From positions 2,176,001-2,240,000 of the forward strand of contig OZ244188.1 of NCBI GenBank assembly GCA_965216635.1: 64,000 nucleotides of DNA, read 5' to 3'. The position numbers and the translations under genes are program-made. Source of the stretch: a bacterium. Its GTDB lineage: Bacteria > SAR324 > XYD2-FULL-50-16 > G965216635. The stretch's first letter is position 1; each line of letters starts with the position of its first letter. Below the pieces are notes generated by a model. It saw only the letters and a list, made by a program, of their open reading frames with translations, ran no database searches and was not told the origin of the DNA. Positions 16,685 through 26,341 of this stretch are shown one piece after another.

Positions 16685-19005
16685 ACGAAGCAAATACTAG
16701 AGCAGAATTGATAGAGCCTTTGCTAGAGGAGGCTGGCTGGGGTAGGAATTTTCCGCAAACAAAAATAGATCGTGAGTTTTCCATCACTTTAGGAAAGCTC
16801 CAAAACGGAGGGAGAGCCAAGCCTCTTTCTGCGGATTATGTCTTGATTTATAAGAATACTAAACTGGCGGTAATTGAAGCAAAGAGCATTAAAAAAGAAG
16901 TAGGCGAGGGTGTGGCTCAAGCAAAAAACTACGCTGAAAAGATGCAATTAGGCTACGCTTTTGCTTGCAATGGCGAGGAGATTTATCAAATCAATATGAA
17001 TACGGGCAAGGAAGGTTTGGTGAGTAAATTTCCTAGTCCTGAGGAGTTATGGAGCGGATTTTTTGAGAAACAAAACCAATGGCTAGAAAAATTCCATTCT
17101 ATTCCTTTTGCTAGCAAAACTCATTCTTTAAGGTTTTATCAAGAAACGGCTATCAATCGGGCTTTGGAAGCGATTGCTGCAAATAAAAATCGCATTCTTT
17201 TGACTTTGGCTACTGGCACGGGAAAAACTTTTATTGCTTCTCAAATTGCTTGGAAACTATTTAAAACTCGTTGGAATTTGAGCTGCCTTAATTCAAAAGG
17301 TGAAATCCAGAGACAGCCTCGTATTCTTTTTTTGGTGGATAGAAATATTTTAGCTGACCAAGCCTTTACGAAGTTTGATGTTTTTCCAGAGGATGCTCTT
17401 GTGCGAATTGATCCATTAGAAATAAAGAAGAAAGGAAAGGTGCCAACGAATGGCAGTGTTTTTTTTACGATTTTTCAAACCTTTATGAGCGGTCAAAATG
17501 AAACACCTTATTTTGGAGAATACCCTGACGATTATTTTGATTTTATTATTGTGGACGAGTGCCATAGAGGCGGAGCGAACGACGAAAGTAGCTGGCGAGA
17601 AATTTTAGAGTATTTTTCTCCAGCGGTGCAGCTTGGTATGACGGCTACTCCAAAACGAAAAAACAATGTGGATACCTACGCTTATTTTGGTGAAGCTGTT
17701 TATAGTTATTCTTTGAAAGAGGGTATTCAGGATGGTTTTTTGACTCCTTTTAAGGTGAAGCGGATCCAAACTACCATAGATGAATACGCCTATGCTTCTG
17801 ATGATAAAGTTTTGCAAGGGGAGGTGGATAAAAAGAAAATTTATAAAGAATCAGAATTTAACCACAAAATTGAAATCAAACAAAGAGAAGAAAAACGGGT
17901 TAAAATTTTTTTAGAGGATATCCACTCAGAAGAAAAAACGATTGTCTTTTGTGCGAATCAATCCCACGCTGCTTTGATTAGAGATTTTATCAATAAGCAC
18001 AAAAAAATTCAGAATATAAATTATTGCCATCGTGTGACTTCAGCCGATGGTGAAATAGGAAATCAGCATTTAGAAAATTTTAAAAATAACGAAAAAACAA
18101 TTCCTACTATTTTGACTACTTCGCGTAAACTTTCTACGGGAGTGGATGCAAGAAATATTCGGTGTATCGTGCTTTTGCGTCCTATCTATTCCATTGTTGA
18201 GTTTAAACAAATTATAGGTAGAGGCACTAGACTGTTTGATGGAAAAAATTATTTTACAATTTATGATTTTGTTGATGCCTATCGCAATTTTTTTGATCCA
18301 GAATGGGACGGAGAGGCAGAGGAGCCAGCAATTTACAATCCTAAAATAGCACTGGAAAATTTAGAAGTTAGAGATAAAGACAACCAAGAATACGATTTTA
18401 ATGAGGAAAAAAAAGAACAGAAAATTAAAATCAAGCTAGCGGATGGTAAGGAGAGAGAAATCCAATCTATGACGAACACCCATTTTTTTACAGAAGAAGG
18501 AAGTTTAATATCTGCTAAAGAATTTTTAGAAAATTTATTTGGAAAATTACCAGATTTTTTTACTAAAGAAGAGGAATTGATAGAAATTTGGTCTGCCCCA
18601 GAAACAAGAAAAAAACTTTTGGAGAGACTTACTGATGCGGGGTATAATAAAAATTCATTAAAGGAATTGCAGAGAATGATCAATGCAGAACAAAGCGATC
18701 TTTTTGATTTGCTAGAATATGTTTCTTTTGGAAAAAAACCTATCACAAGAGAGCAAAGGGCGAATCAAATGAGACCTATTATTGTAAAAAATTTTAATGA
18801 AAAGCAGCAAGAATTTTTAAATTTTGTGCTTTCTCATTATGTGGAAAATGGTGTGGAAGAGTTAGAAGAAAAAAAATTAGCCAGCTTGCTAGCAATCAAA
18901 TATAATACTACTTTTGATGCTCAGCAAATACTAGGAAGCATAGAAAAAATAAAAAAAACATTTACTTCTTTTCAAAAACATCTTTATTCTAAAAAGGTAG
19001 CTTAA
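16681..19005 (+). CDS. hsdR: Type I restriction enzyme subunit R (EcoAI/EcoEI-like)
   Basis: ADY..IEAK nuclease, LATGTGKT, DECHRG, MTATP, QIIGRGTR, C-terminal EcoEI_R_C-like region. Confidence 0.95.
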   Translation: MNEANTRAELIEPLLEEAGWGRNFPQTKIDREFSITLGKLQNGGRAKPLSADYVLIYKNTKLAVIEAKSIKKEVGEGVAQAKNYAEKMQLGYAFACNGEEIYQINMNTGKEGLVSKFPSPEELWSGFFEKQNQWLEKFHSIPFASKTHSLRFYQETAINRALEAIAANKNRILLTLATGTGKTFIASQIAWKLFKTRWNLSCLNSKGEIQRQPRILFLVDRNILADQAFTKFDVFPEDALVRIDPLEIKKKGKVPTNGSVFFTIFQTFMSGQNETPYFGEYPDDYFDFIIVDECHRGGANDESSWREILEYFSPAVQLGMTATPKRKNNVDTYAYFGEAVYSYSLKEGIQDGFLTPFKVKRIQTTIDEYAYASDDKVLQGEVDKKKIYKESEFNHKIEIKQREEKRVKIFLEDIHSEEKTIVFCANQSHAALIRDFINKHKKIQNINYCHRVTSADGEIGNQHLENFKNNEKTIPTILTTSRKLSTGVDARNIRCIVLLRPIYSIVEFKQIIGRGTRLFDGKNYFTIYDFVDAYRNFFDPEWDGEAEEPAIYNPKIALENLEVRDKDNQEYDFNEEKKEQKIKIKLADGKEREIQSMTNTHFFTEEGSLISAKEFLENLFGKLPDFFTKEEELIEIWSAPETRKKLLERLTDAGYNKNSLKELQRMINAEQSDLFDLLEYVSFGKKPITREQRANQMRPIIVKNFNEKQQEFLNFVLSHYVENGVEELEEKKLASLLAIKYNTTFDAQQILGSIEKIKKTFTSFQKHLYSKKVA

Positions 19006-19120
19006 AAAAAATATGCAGAAATTCTAATATTTTGGGAAATTTCTACTTGGTGTTGAACTTGAAAAATCAGCTTTTTTACTAATTTTAGCTTGAAAAATTT
19101 TTTTTTCTATAATACTAAAA

Positions 19121-19392
19121 GAGACTGTTGAACCTTATCATTATAGGAAAGCTAGACAAGGCGCGAAAATTTTTTACCCAAGAGGAATATCGTAGTGCCA
19201 CAATAATGGGACCAGGGCACTCTATAATTTTCATTTAGCAAAAGTGAAATGCCTGTAGATTGGAATAAGAGAGCCAGTGACTCTTTTACTATATTCTTTA
19301 CTTTGTCTTATGCGGGTAAGAGAGTATTTTGAGTGATAAAAAATTTGAGCAACACAGTATAGCTGAAATAGAGTGTCTAATTCAACATTCTC
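19121..19392. mobile_element. Palindromic MITE-like element, family B, with about 130-bp internal insertion
   Basis: TIRs gagactgttgaa / ttcaacattctc; flanks match the reverse complement of 32318..32460; insert about 19190..19322. Confidence 0.8.
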
Positions 19393-19608
19393 TAAAAACC
19401 TAAAAAGACCTTTGCATTAGTATTATGTGATAGCTGTTACGTCTTTTTGCTTCCAGCAAGGAAGAAAAAATTTTGGGTCGCAAGAAGATCGTAGAAACAA
19501 AACGTTATTTTTGTATAACTCAAGAATGGAACGTTATCCTTGCAGGGCAAATTTTGCTATAGTTCTTAATTTATCTAATGCGGTGATCTTCTAAATATAA
19601 AAAATACA

Positions 19609-20670
19609 ATGTCAATTATTACTGAACCTATCGGTAGCATTCCTCGTTCAAAAGAATTGCAAGAGGCTATGCAAAATTTTTCACAGGGCAATATTTCTGC
19701 TGAAAAAATGGAGGCTTTTTTTGATGAGGCTGTGCTGGAAACAATTACTCAATTTGAAGCTACTGGTTCTCCCATTATTACAGATGGGGAGCAATGCAAA
19801 CCAAGTTTTGTTACTTATCCTTTAACAAATTTAGATAACCTAACAGAAAAAGGCATAGAAATTCCTTTTGTTGATGGTCACAAACGCCAATTACCTAGTA
19901 TAACTAAGGCTCCTTTTCGTTATAGCCATTATGCAGGTTCTTATATTCTTCGTGCCAAAAAATTTGCTAAAGTTCCTCTTAAGCAAGCTGTTATTTCTGC
20001 TTCGGCTATGTCTTTACTTTATCCTAGTGATGGAATTGAAGGTTATGCAAGGGAGCAATTTATAGACGACTTGGTAACTCATGCAGTAGCCGATATTCGC
20101 AGCTGTTTTGATAACGGCGCTTGCAATGTTCAAATTGATTTTACTGAGGCTAGACTTGCCATTAAATTAGATCCGTCTAAGGCTTTACTAAAACAATTTG
20201 TAGAGCTCAATAATAACGTTTTATCTTATTTTACCGCAGAAGAAAAACAGTCTATTGGAGTGCATACTTGCCCTGGTGGAGATCATAATTCTACTCATAG
20301 CAAAGATGTTCCTTATGAAGAGTTGATACCACTTTTGATGACAATGGATGTTAGTAATTTTTATATGCAGCTGGCAAGTGAAAAAAATCCAGATAGTATA
20401 TTAAAGATCATTTCAGAAAATATAAAACCGCACCACCGTATTTATGTAGGCGTTATTGATGCAATCAATGAAACAATAGAATCTGCGGAAATTGTTCAAG
20501 ACCGTGTGTTGAATGCCGCAAAATATATTCCTATTAAACAGCTTGGGACGACAGATGACTGTGGATTTTCTCCTTTTGGCGATGATATTGTAACTTCCCG
20601 TAGTACTGCTTTTGCAAAAATCAAAGCCAGAGTTCAAGGTACACAAATGGCATCTGCCCAACTTAGCTAA
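19609..20670 (+). CDS. Cobalamin-independent methionine synthase-like protein (single catalytic domain)
   Basis: EPIGSIPR, ITDGEQ, GVHTCPGG (HxC), DDCGFSPF zinc ligands. Confidence 0.85.
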   Translation: MSIITEPIGSIPRSKELQEAMQNFSQGNISAEKMEAFFDEAVLETITQFEATGSPIITDGEQCKPSFVTYPLTNLDNLTEKGIEIPFVDGHKRQLPSITKAPFRYSHYAGSYILRAKKFAKVPLKQAVISASAMSLLYPSDGIEGYAREQFIDDLVTHAVADIRSCFDNGACNVQIDFTEARLAIKLDPSKALLKQFVELNNNVLSYFTAEEKQSIGVHTCPGGDHNSTHSKDVPYEELIPLLMTMDVSNFYMQLASEKNPDSILKIISENIKPHHRIYVGVIDAINETIESAEIVQDRVLNAAKYIPIKQLGTTDDCGFSPFGDDIVTSRSTAFAKIKARVQGTQMASAQLS

Positions 20671-20719
20671 AATTTTAAGAAAATAGCAAAAGGAGTTATT
20701 ATATACAACTTTGGGTTTT

Positions 20720-21838
20720 TTATCTTTGGTCTATGGGAGTGACTGGGCGTTGTTCCTCTCCGATGTAGGCACTGCTGGGTCGGATGAGTTTGTTGTTTGC
20801 CTGTTGTTCAAAAATATGGGCGAGCCAGCCTGTAAGCCGCGACATCACAAAGATGGGAGTAAAAATATCTATATCAAATCCCATTAGATAGTAAGTAGGT
20901 CCTGAAGGAAAATCTAGGTTTGGATAAATATTTTTTTTACTTATCATTGTTTTTTCTAAAATTTTATAAATTTCTACCCATTTTTTGGATTCTTTTCCTT
21001 TCTTTTCTTGTGCCTCTGCTACCTTAAAAAAAGCGTCTTGCATAGTAGGAACTCTGCTATCTCCTTTGCGATAAACTCTATGTCCAAATCCCATAATTTT
21101 TTCTTTATTTTCTAAAGCCTGCAAAATCCAATCTTGTGCTAAGCTAGGTTCTTTGATTTTAAGCATCGTGTGCATTACCTCTTCGTTAGCTCCCCCGTGC
21201 AAAGCTCCTTTTAAGCAAGCAATAGCACCAGTGATTGCAGAATAGATATCGGACATAGTGCTTGTAATTACTCTAGCTGTAAAAGTGGAAGCATTAAAAC
21301 TATGTTCTGCATAAAGAATTAAAGAAATATTGAAAGCATCATAAGTTTCTTTTTCTGGTTCTTGATTAAAAACTAAATTAAAAAAGTTATCAATATAGCT
21401 TAAAGAAACCTTCGGCATAATGGGTTCTAGTCCTTTTCTTCTGCGGTAAAAAAAGGCAATAGCAGTCGGGATTGCAGCTAGTAGTCCGACTGCTTTTTGA
21501 TAATTGTCTTCTTTACTGTGGTCTTCTGTTCCTATAAAACTCACTGCACTACGAATTATATCCATAGGGTGCGCTTTGGCAGATAAAAAGGTAAGCAGTT
21601 GGGTTAATTCTGGACTGATAAGTCTTTTTTTTTTTTCTAATTCGCAAAAACTTTTTAATTCGTTTGCATTAGGAAGTTCACCTTTTAGTAACAGATAGGC
21701 GACTTCTTCAAAACTACATTGGGTTGCCAAGTCTTGCACCGCATAGCCACGATAGGTTAAGCTATTGGTCTCTGGCATTACTTTAGAAACGGCAGTTTGA
21801 TCTGCGACAACCCCTACTAAACCTTGTTTAATATCCAT
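20720..21838 (-). CDS. prpC: 2-methylcitrate synthase
   Basis: LTYRGY, EHSFNASTF, LHGGANE, MGFGHRVY, PNLDFP; operon with prpB and prpD. Confidence 0.92.
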   Translation of the reverse strand: MDIKQGLVGVVADQTAVSKVMPETNSLTYRGYAVQDLATQCSFEEVAYLLLKGELPNANELKSFCELEKKKRLISPELTQLLTFLSAKAHPMDIIRSAVSFIGTEDHSKEDNYQKAVGLLAAIPTAIAFFYRRRKGLEPIMPKVSLSYIDNFFNLVFNQEPEKETYDAFNISLILYAEHSFNASTFTARVITSTMSDIYSAITGAIACLKGALHGGANEEVMHTMLKIKEPSLAQDWILQALENKEKIMGFGHRVYRKGDSRVPTMQDAFFKVAEAQEKKGKESKKWVEIYKILEKTMISKKNIYPNLDFPSGPTYYLMGFDIDIFTPIFVMSRLTGWLAHIFEQQANNKLIRPSSAYIGEEQRPVTPIDQR

Positions 21839-21847
21839 ATTATTTAT

Positions 21848-22005
21848 GAGGCTATTGAATTAGACATTCTAGTTCAGCTATACTGCGGTGCTCAAATTTT
21901 TTATCACTCAAAATACTTCAGTATTCCTACTCCAAGACAATATTGGGGGTAAAAAATTTTCGCGCCTTGTCTAGCTTTCCTATAATGCTAAAGTTCAACA
22001 GTCTC
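21848..22005. mobile_element. Palindromic MITE-like element, family B, carrying a 25-bp segment identical to 15979..16003
   Basis: gaggctattgaa ... ttcaacagtctc; near-identical to 32318..32460 except tcctactccaagacaatattggggg in place of tcctcttggg. Confidence 0.85.
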
Positions 22006-22007
22006 AT

Positions 22008-22919
22008 TTATATTTTAAAATTAAAAATATCCTTGTCAAAATCATTATACTTTTCATATTGTAAAGTATCATAAAGCTCTTTTCTTGTCTGCATTTTTTT
22101 TAATAAATCTCTTTGGTGTCCTTTTTCTTTAATTTCTTTTAAACCCGCAACAGTCGCTCCTATAGCCAATCTCCAAGTAGTAACAGGATAGATTACCATT
22201 TGAAAACCTAAATTTTCTAGTTGTTTTTTATCTAAAAGATCCGATTTCCCAAATTCTGTCATATTTGCGAGCATAGGCAAAGAGGTTGCTTTTCTAATCT
22301 GCTCAAATTCTTTTTCGTTCTGCATAGCTTCGGGAAAAATCATTTCTGCGCCTGCGTCTTCATAAGCCTTGATTCGCTCCAAAGTTTTTTCCATTCCTTC
22401 TACTCCTTTGGCGTCTGTACGGGCAATAATCAAAAAATTTTTATCTTTTTTAGTGCAGACCGCGGTTTGAATTTTCTGCACCATTTCTGCTTTAGAACAA
22501 AGTTTTTTATTATCCAAATGTCCGCATCTTTTGGGATTCATTTGATCTTCTAGATGCAAACCTGATAAGCCAGCTTCTTCAAAAGCAAGCACTGTGCGAG
22601 CTACATTCATAGGCTCACCGAAACCAGTATCTGCGTCTATAATACAAGGCAAATTTGTTACTCTGGCAATTTGTTTTCCTCTCTCCACAACTTCGCTTAA
22701 AGTAGTTAAACCAATATCAGGCAATCCTAAATCCGCTGCTAAAACTGCTCCTGAAATATAAACCGCGGGAAACCCAAGTTTTTCTATTTCCATAGCTACT
22801 ATGGGAGAAAAAGCACTCGGTACCTGTAAAATTTTACTGGGTAAAATTTCACCCGATTGTAAATCTTTTTGCAACTGCTCTCTTTTTTCTTGCGGAGTTT
22901 TGGTTGGAAATAACATCAA
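22008..22919 (-). CDS. prpB: 2-methylisocitrate lyase
   Basis: GLPDIG, DADTGFG, KRCGH, ARTDA, ANMTEFGK. Confidence 0.95.
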   Translation of the reverse strand: MMLFPTKTPQEKREQLQKDLQSGEILPSKILQVPSAFSPIVAMEIEKLGFPAVYISGAVLAADLGLPDIGLTTLSEVVERGKQIARVTNLPCIIDADTGFGEPMNVARTVLAFEEAGLSGLHLEDQMNPKRCGHLDNKKLCSKAEMVQKIQTAVCTKKDKNFLIIARTDAKGVEGMEKTLERIKAYEDAGAEMIFPEAMQNEKEFEQIRKATSLPMLANMTEFGKSDLLDKKQLENLGFQMVIYPVTTWRLAIGATVAGLKEIKEKGHQRDLLKKMQTRKELYDTLQYEKYNDFDKDIFNFKI

Positions 22920-22963
22920 GGATAGAAAAAAATTATTAGTGGTGGTTACTCTATCTAAATGGT

Positions 22964-23329
22964 TTATTTTTTAGGAAATATGGATTTTCCCAATATATGC
23001 CAGCTACTTATCATCGTGGCTGTAGTTGTTGCGACTATAGCAGAAAATTGAATGTCGCTCAATCCTTCTTTTTCAAAACAAACCTTAACTACAAACTGTG
23101 CGAGTGTTAAAGTAATTATAAAAATAGTCCACGGCCATAAAATTCTACCAGAATGAATAAAAAATCTATCGCGTTGTTTTTTATCTTGTTCAAGAAGTTC
23201 GTTCTGTAATTTTATTGTTTTTAGATGTTCACTTTGTATTAATAAATCATTTTTTCTTTTTTGTTGAATCCATTTAATCTCCTTTCCTGATGATAAGTAT
23301 GAAAATATTTCGTTTTGGTTATTTGCCAT
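22964..23329 (-). CDS. Small two-TM membrane protein, candidate toxin partner of the Panacea antitoxin
   Basis: Overlaps the DUF4065 gene by 11 bp; two hydrophobic helices in the C-terminal half. Confidence 0.55.
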   Translation of the reverse strand: MANNQNEIFSYLSSGKEIKWIQQKRKNDLLIQSEHLKTIKLQNELLEQDKKQRDRFFIHSGRILWPWTIFIITLTLAQFVVKVCFEKEGLSDIQFSAIVATTTATMISSWHILGKSIFPKK

Positions 23330-23810
23330 TTGATTGTATTTCTTTAACGTCCTCTATTATAGCCTTATAGTATCTCCGTATAGTATCTCTACTTATAATC
23401 CGATGCTTTACTGATTCAATATAATAAGCCCACCAAGGCGTTCCTTCTTGGTGAGTCAGCTCTACCAACTCTCTACTATTCTTACCGTTATATATTGCCC
23501 AAACTCCTTTCAATATACCTAAATTTTCTTTATCTTCTACTTGAGGAATTGGGCGACCATTATTATCAGTATCTAAAGTTTTTTTAATTATTCTATCTTT
23601 ATAATTTTTAAAATGATGGTAGACAGATGGTATTACAGGTCCAAATTTCCAAGCCTCTACATCTTCATTGAATAGTACAAAATCTTCCATACCCAAAGAA
23701 AACCCCAAAGAAACATAAACCAATTTATTGATCTTTATATTATCAATATCCGTATTATTTTCTTGGTCTATAAAAAAATTAGCTACAGAAAGTGGTGATT
23801 GTTTTTCCAT
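23319..23810 (-). CDS. Panacea/DUF4065 (SocA/GepA-like) antitoxin
   Basis: VANFFI, KINKLVY, EAWKFGPVIPSVY, LVELTH.E..PW. Confidence 0.88.
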   Translation of the reverse strand: MEKQSPLSVANFFIDQENNTDIDNIKINKLVYVSLGFSLGMEDFVLFNEDVEAWKFGPVIPSVYHHFKNYKDRIIKKTLDTDNNGRPIPQVEDKENLGILKGVWAIYNGKNSRELVELTHQEGTPWWAYYIESVKHRIISRDTIRRYYKAIIEDVKEIQSNGK

Positions 23811-23944
23811 AATTTTATTTATTTTAGGTTGTTATTTTTTTCATAAGAATAGCTTGTAAGTTTATTCTTTTAAAATATAAAACTATTCCTTTTAACATAT
23901 TATTGCAAGTGTTTTTTTATTAAACTAGATTCTAAATCAAGTAT

Positions 23945-25492
23945 CTAAAAAATAGAATTTTGATTTTTTCTTATTTCTAAATTTTCTATATCTGCTACTG
24001 GATTCAATAACAGCAGTTCAGCAGAATTTAATTCTGGTAGTCTTTGCACCAAATCTAAAAACCTTTGTGCTTCTTTTTGAGAAATAATTCCTGCACTTAG
24101 AGTCTGAAATTTTTGAATATATTCTTTTCTTTGAAAAGGTCTAGTTCCTAAAGAATGGGCATTGGCTACTGCTTTTTCGGCTATAATTTCTTCTCCTCCT
24201 TTAAGCCAAATTTTTAGTCTGCCTCCAAAAGCTTTTTCTTTTGGGTTTTGCGAATGGTATCTACGAGTCCACTCAGAATCTTCTTTTGTCTCAATTTTTT
24301 GCCATAGTTGGACTGTATCTTTTCTGGTTGCTCTTTCTTTTGTATAGGAATTTATATGATGCCATTTTCTGTCTTGCAAGGCTACTGCTAAAATATACAT
24401 AATAGAATGATCCAAAGTTTCTCTGCTTGCTTGTGGGTTCATTTTCTGAGGGTCGCCCGCTCCAGTTCCTATAACATTATGAGTGTGGTGCGAAGTATAT
24501 AGCATAATTTTTTCTACTTTGTTCCAATCGCCGCCTGTTTTTTTTTGGATTTTTTCGCCTACTTCAAAAGCCAAATCAATAATTGCTTGGCTCTGGTATT
24601 CTGCAGAATGCTCTTTGGTATAGGTTTCTAAAATAGCTTTTCTTGGTTCATTTATTTCTGGCAAAAGCACTGTATATTCTGCGTCTTTGCCGTCTAAAAG
24701 CCAAGCGACAACGCTGTCTTCTCCTTCATAAATCGGACTAGGTGCTTTTTCTCCGCGCATACATCTATCCACTGCTTCAATGGCGAGTTTTCCAGCGTGG
24801 GCGGGAGCAAAGGCTTTCCAACTAGAAATTTCTCCCTTGCGAGATTGTCTAGTCGTGCAACTTACGTGTAAGGCTTGATTGATGGATTGATAAATTATTT
24901 CTGTAGGCAGTTTTAGTAAAGTGCCTATTGCGGCAGCTACGCTAGCTCCCAAATGGGCGATGTGGTCAATTTTGTGTTTGTGTAGGCAAATTGCTCGCAC
25001 TAAATTTACCTGTATTTCGTAGCCTGTTAAAATACCATAAATCAAATCTTCGCCTGTTTTTTCACATTGCTGGGCTACTGCTAAAATGGGAGGAATGTTA
25101 TCTCCTGGATGGCTATAATCGGCTGCCAAATAGGTATCGTGAAAATCTAGCTCCCGCACAGCAGTGCCGTTCGCCCAAGCTGCCCATTCTGCACAAAAGG
25201 TTTTTTTGGCGTTCACTCCAAAAAGAGTAGCTCCTCTACCACAATTATTTAGTTGAAAATTATAACAGCGAGGATGAGCCAATGCCATCTCTCTCGCGGT
25301 GATTACTGAACTACGATTCCAAGAAGCAATGGCTACAGAGGCGTTGTCTATAATGCGATTGATAACCATCTCCGTTGCTGCTTCGTCTAACTCTGCTCTG
25401 TGCTCTGCCAGCTGAGCCATTTTCCAAGCTAGCTGTTCTTCTTTTTTTAAAAGCTCTTTTTCGGGATGAACTTTTAATAAATGGGTTTGCAT
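23945..25492 (-). CDS. prpD: 2-methylcitrate dehydratase (MmgE/PrpD)
   Basis: VRELDFHDT....[26 protein letters not shown]. Confidence 0.93.
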   Translation of the reverse strand: MQTHLLKVHPEKELLKKEEQLAWKMAQLAEHRAELDEAATEMVINRIIDNASVAIASWNRSSVITAREMALAHPRCYNFQLNNCGRGATLFGVNAKKTFCAEWAAWANGTAVRELDFHDTYLAADYSHPGDNIPPILAVAQQCEKTGEDLIYGILTGYEIQVNLVRAICLHKHKIDHIAHLGASVAAAIGTLLKLPTEIIYQSINQALHVSCTTRQSRKGEISSWKAFAPAHAGKLAIEAVDRCMRGEKAPSPIYEGEDSVVAWLLDGKDAEYTVLLPEINEPRKAILETYTKEHSAEYQSQAIIDLAFEVGEKIQKKTGGDWNKVEKIMLYTSHHTHNVIGTGAGDPQKMNPQASRETLDHSIMYILAVALQDRKWHHINSYTKERATRKDTVQLWQKIETKEDSEWTRRYHSQNPKEKAFGGRLKIWLKGGEEIIAEKAVANAHSLGTRPFQRKEYIQKFQTLSAGIISQKEAQRFLDLVQRLPELNSAELLLLNPVADIENLEIRKNQNSIF

Positions 25493-25495
25493 ATT

Positions 25496-26341
25496 TTATT
25501 TTTGTATTTTTTCTAAAACAAGTTGTTCTAGCGAATAGTTTTGTTTCATATAGTGCGAGACAAAAGGAACTTCACTAATTTCTTTGTCGCCTGTTCTTCT
25601 ATTTCCTACTTTCACTTCAAAATCTAATTGATTAATTTTGCGGTAAGCATCTACAAATTCACGAACAGTTGTAGACTGTCCATAACCTAAACATTCATAA
25701 GGACTATTTGCGGGAGGATTTTCTACTGCTTTTAATATAGCAGCTGCTATATCTTCTACATGGCAATAGTCTCTGACGCAAGTGCCGTCTTTGGTATTAG
25801 GGTAATCTGCTCCATAAATAACAAACTCTCCTGTTTTGGCTGCTTCTTTCAGTTTTGCCATAAGACCATCGGGGTTAGTAATTTTAAACTCTTTTTCTCC
25901 TACAACATTAAAAAACCGAAAAATAGTATAATTTTTACTAATTTCACGGATAGAATCTTCTGCTATAGCCTTAGATTTACCGTAAGGAGAGCTACTATCT
26001 GTGGCTGCTCCAGTGGATGCGAATATAAAATGTTTGTAGTGCAGTTTTTTCAAAAGATTAACAGTGCCTCTCCAATTGGTTTCATAATAAGAAGTAGGAA
26101 ATTCTACAGAGTGGGCTACTCTTGTCAGTGCTGCTAAATGACAAACAACATCCCAGTTACAGGCTATGAGTTTTTCAGAAAAATTGCCTGTTATATCTGT
26201 ATGCCATATTTGTTTTGTATAGTGGCTTATATCGTTACCTTTTTTATAATCTAGTCCTTCTATTTGGTAGTCCTTTTCACTTAACTGTTTAACCAAATGG
26301 GAGCCAATATAGCCGTTACAGCCTGTAACTAGTATTTTCAT
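25496..26341 (-). CDS. NAD-dependent epimerase/dehydratase (UDP-glucose 4-epimerase-like)
   Basis: TGCNGYIGSH, HLAA, YGKSK, DGTCVRDY.HVED. Confidence 0.85.
   Translation of the reverse strand: MKILVTGCNGYIGSHLVKQLSEKDYQIEGLDYKKGNDISHYTKQIWHTDITGNFSEKLIACNWDVVCHLAALTRVAHSVEFPTSYYETNWRGTVNLLKKLHYKHFIFASTGAATDSSSPYGKSKAIAEDSIREISKNYTIFRFFNVVGEKEFKITNPDGLMAKLKEAAKTGEFVIYGADYPNTKDGTCVRDYCHVEDIAAAILKAVENPPANSPYECLGYGQSTTVREFVDAYRKINQLDFEVKVGNRRTGDKEISEVPFVSHYMKQNYSLEQLVLEKIQK

Noticed and set aside
17272..17301. MITE-end-like sequence inside hsdR (ggaattt...aattcaaaagg)
   Set aside because: Match is short and AT-rich; cannot be distinguished from chance.
19405..19608. SAM or cobalamin riboswitch upstream of methionine synthase
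   Set aside because: Conserved SAM-I or B12-box motifs not recognisable; an Rfam scan would be needed.
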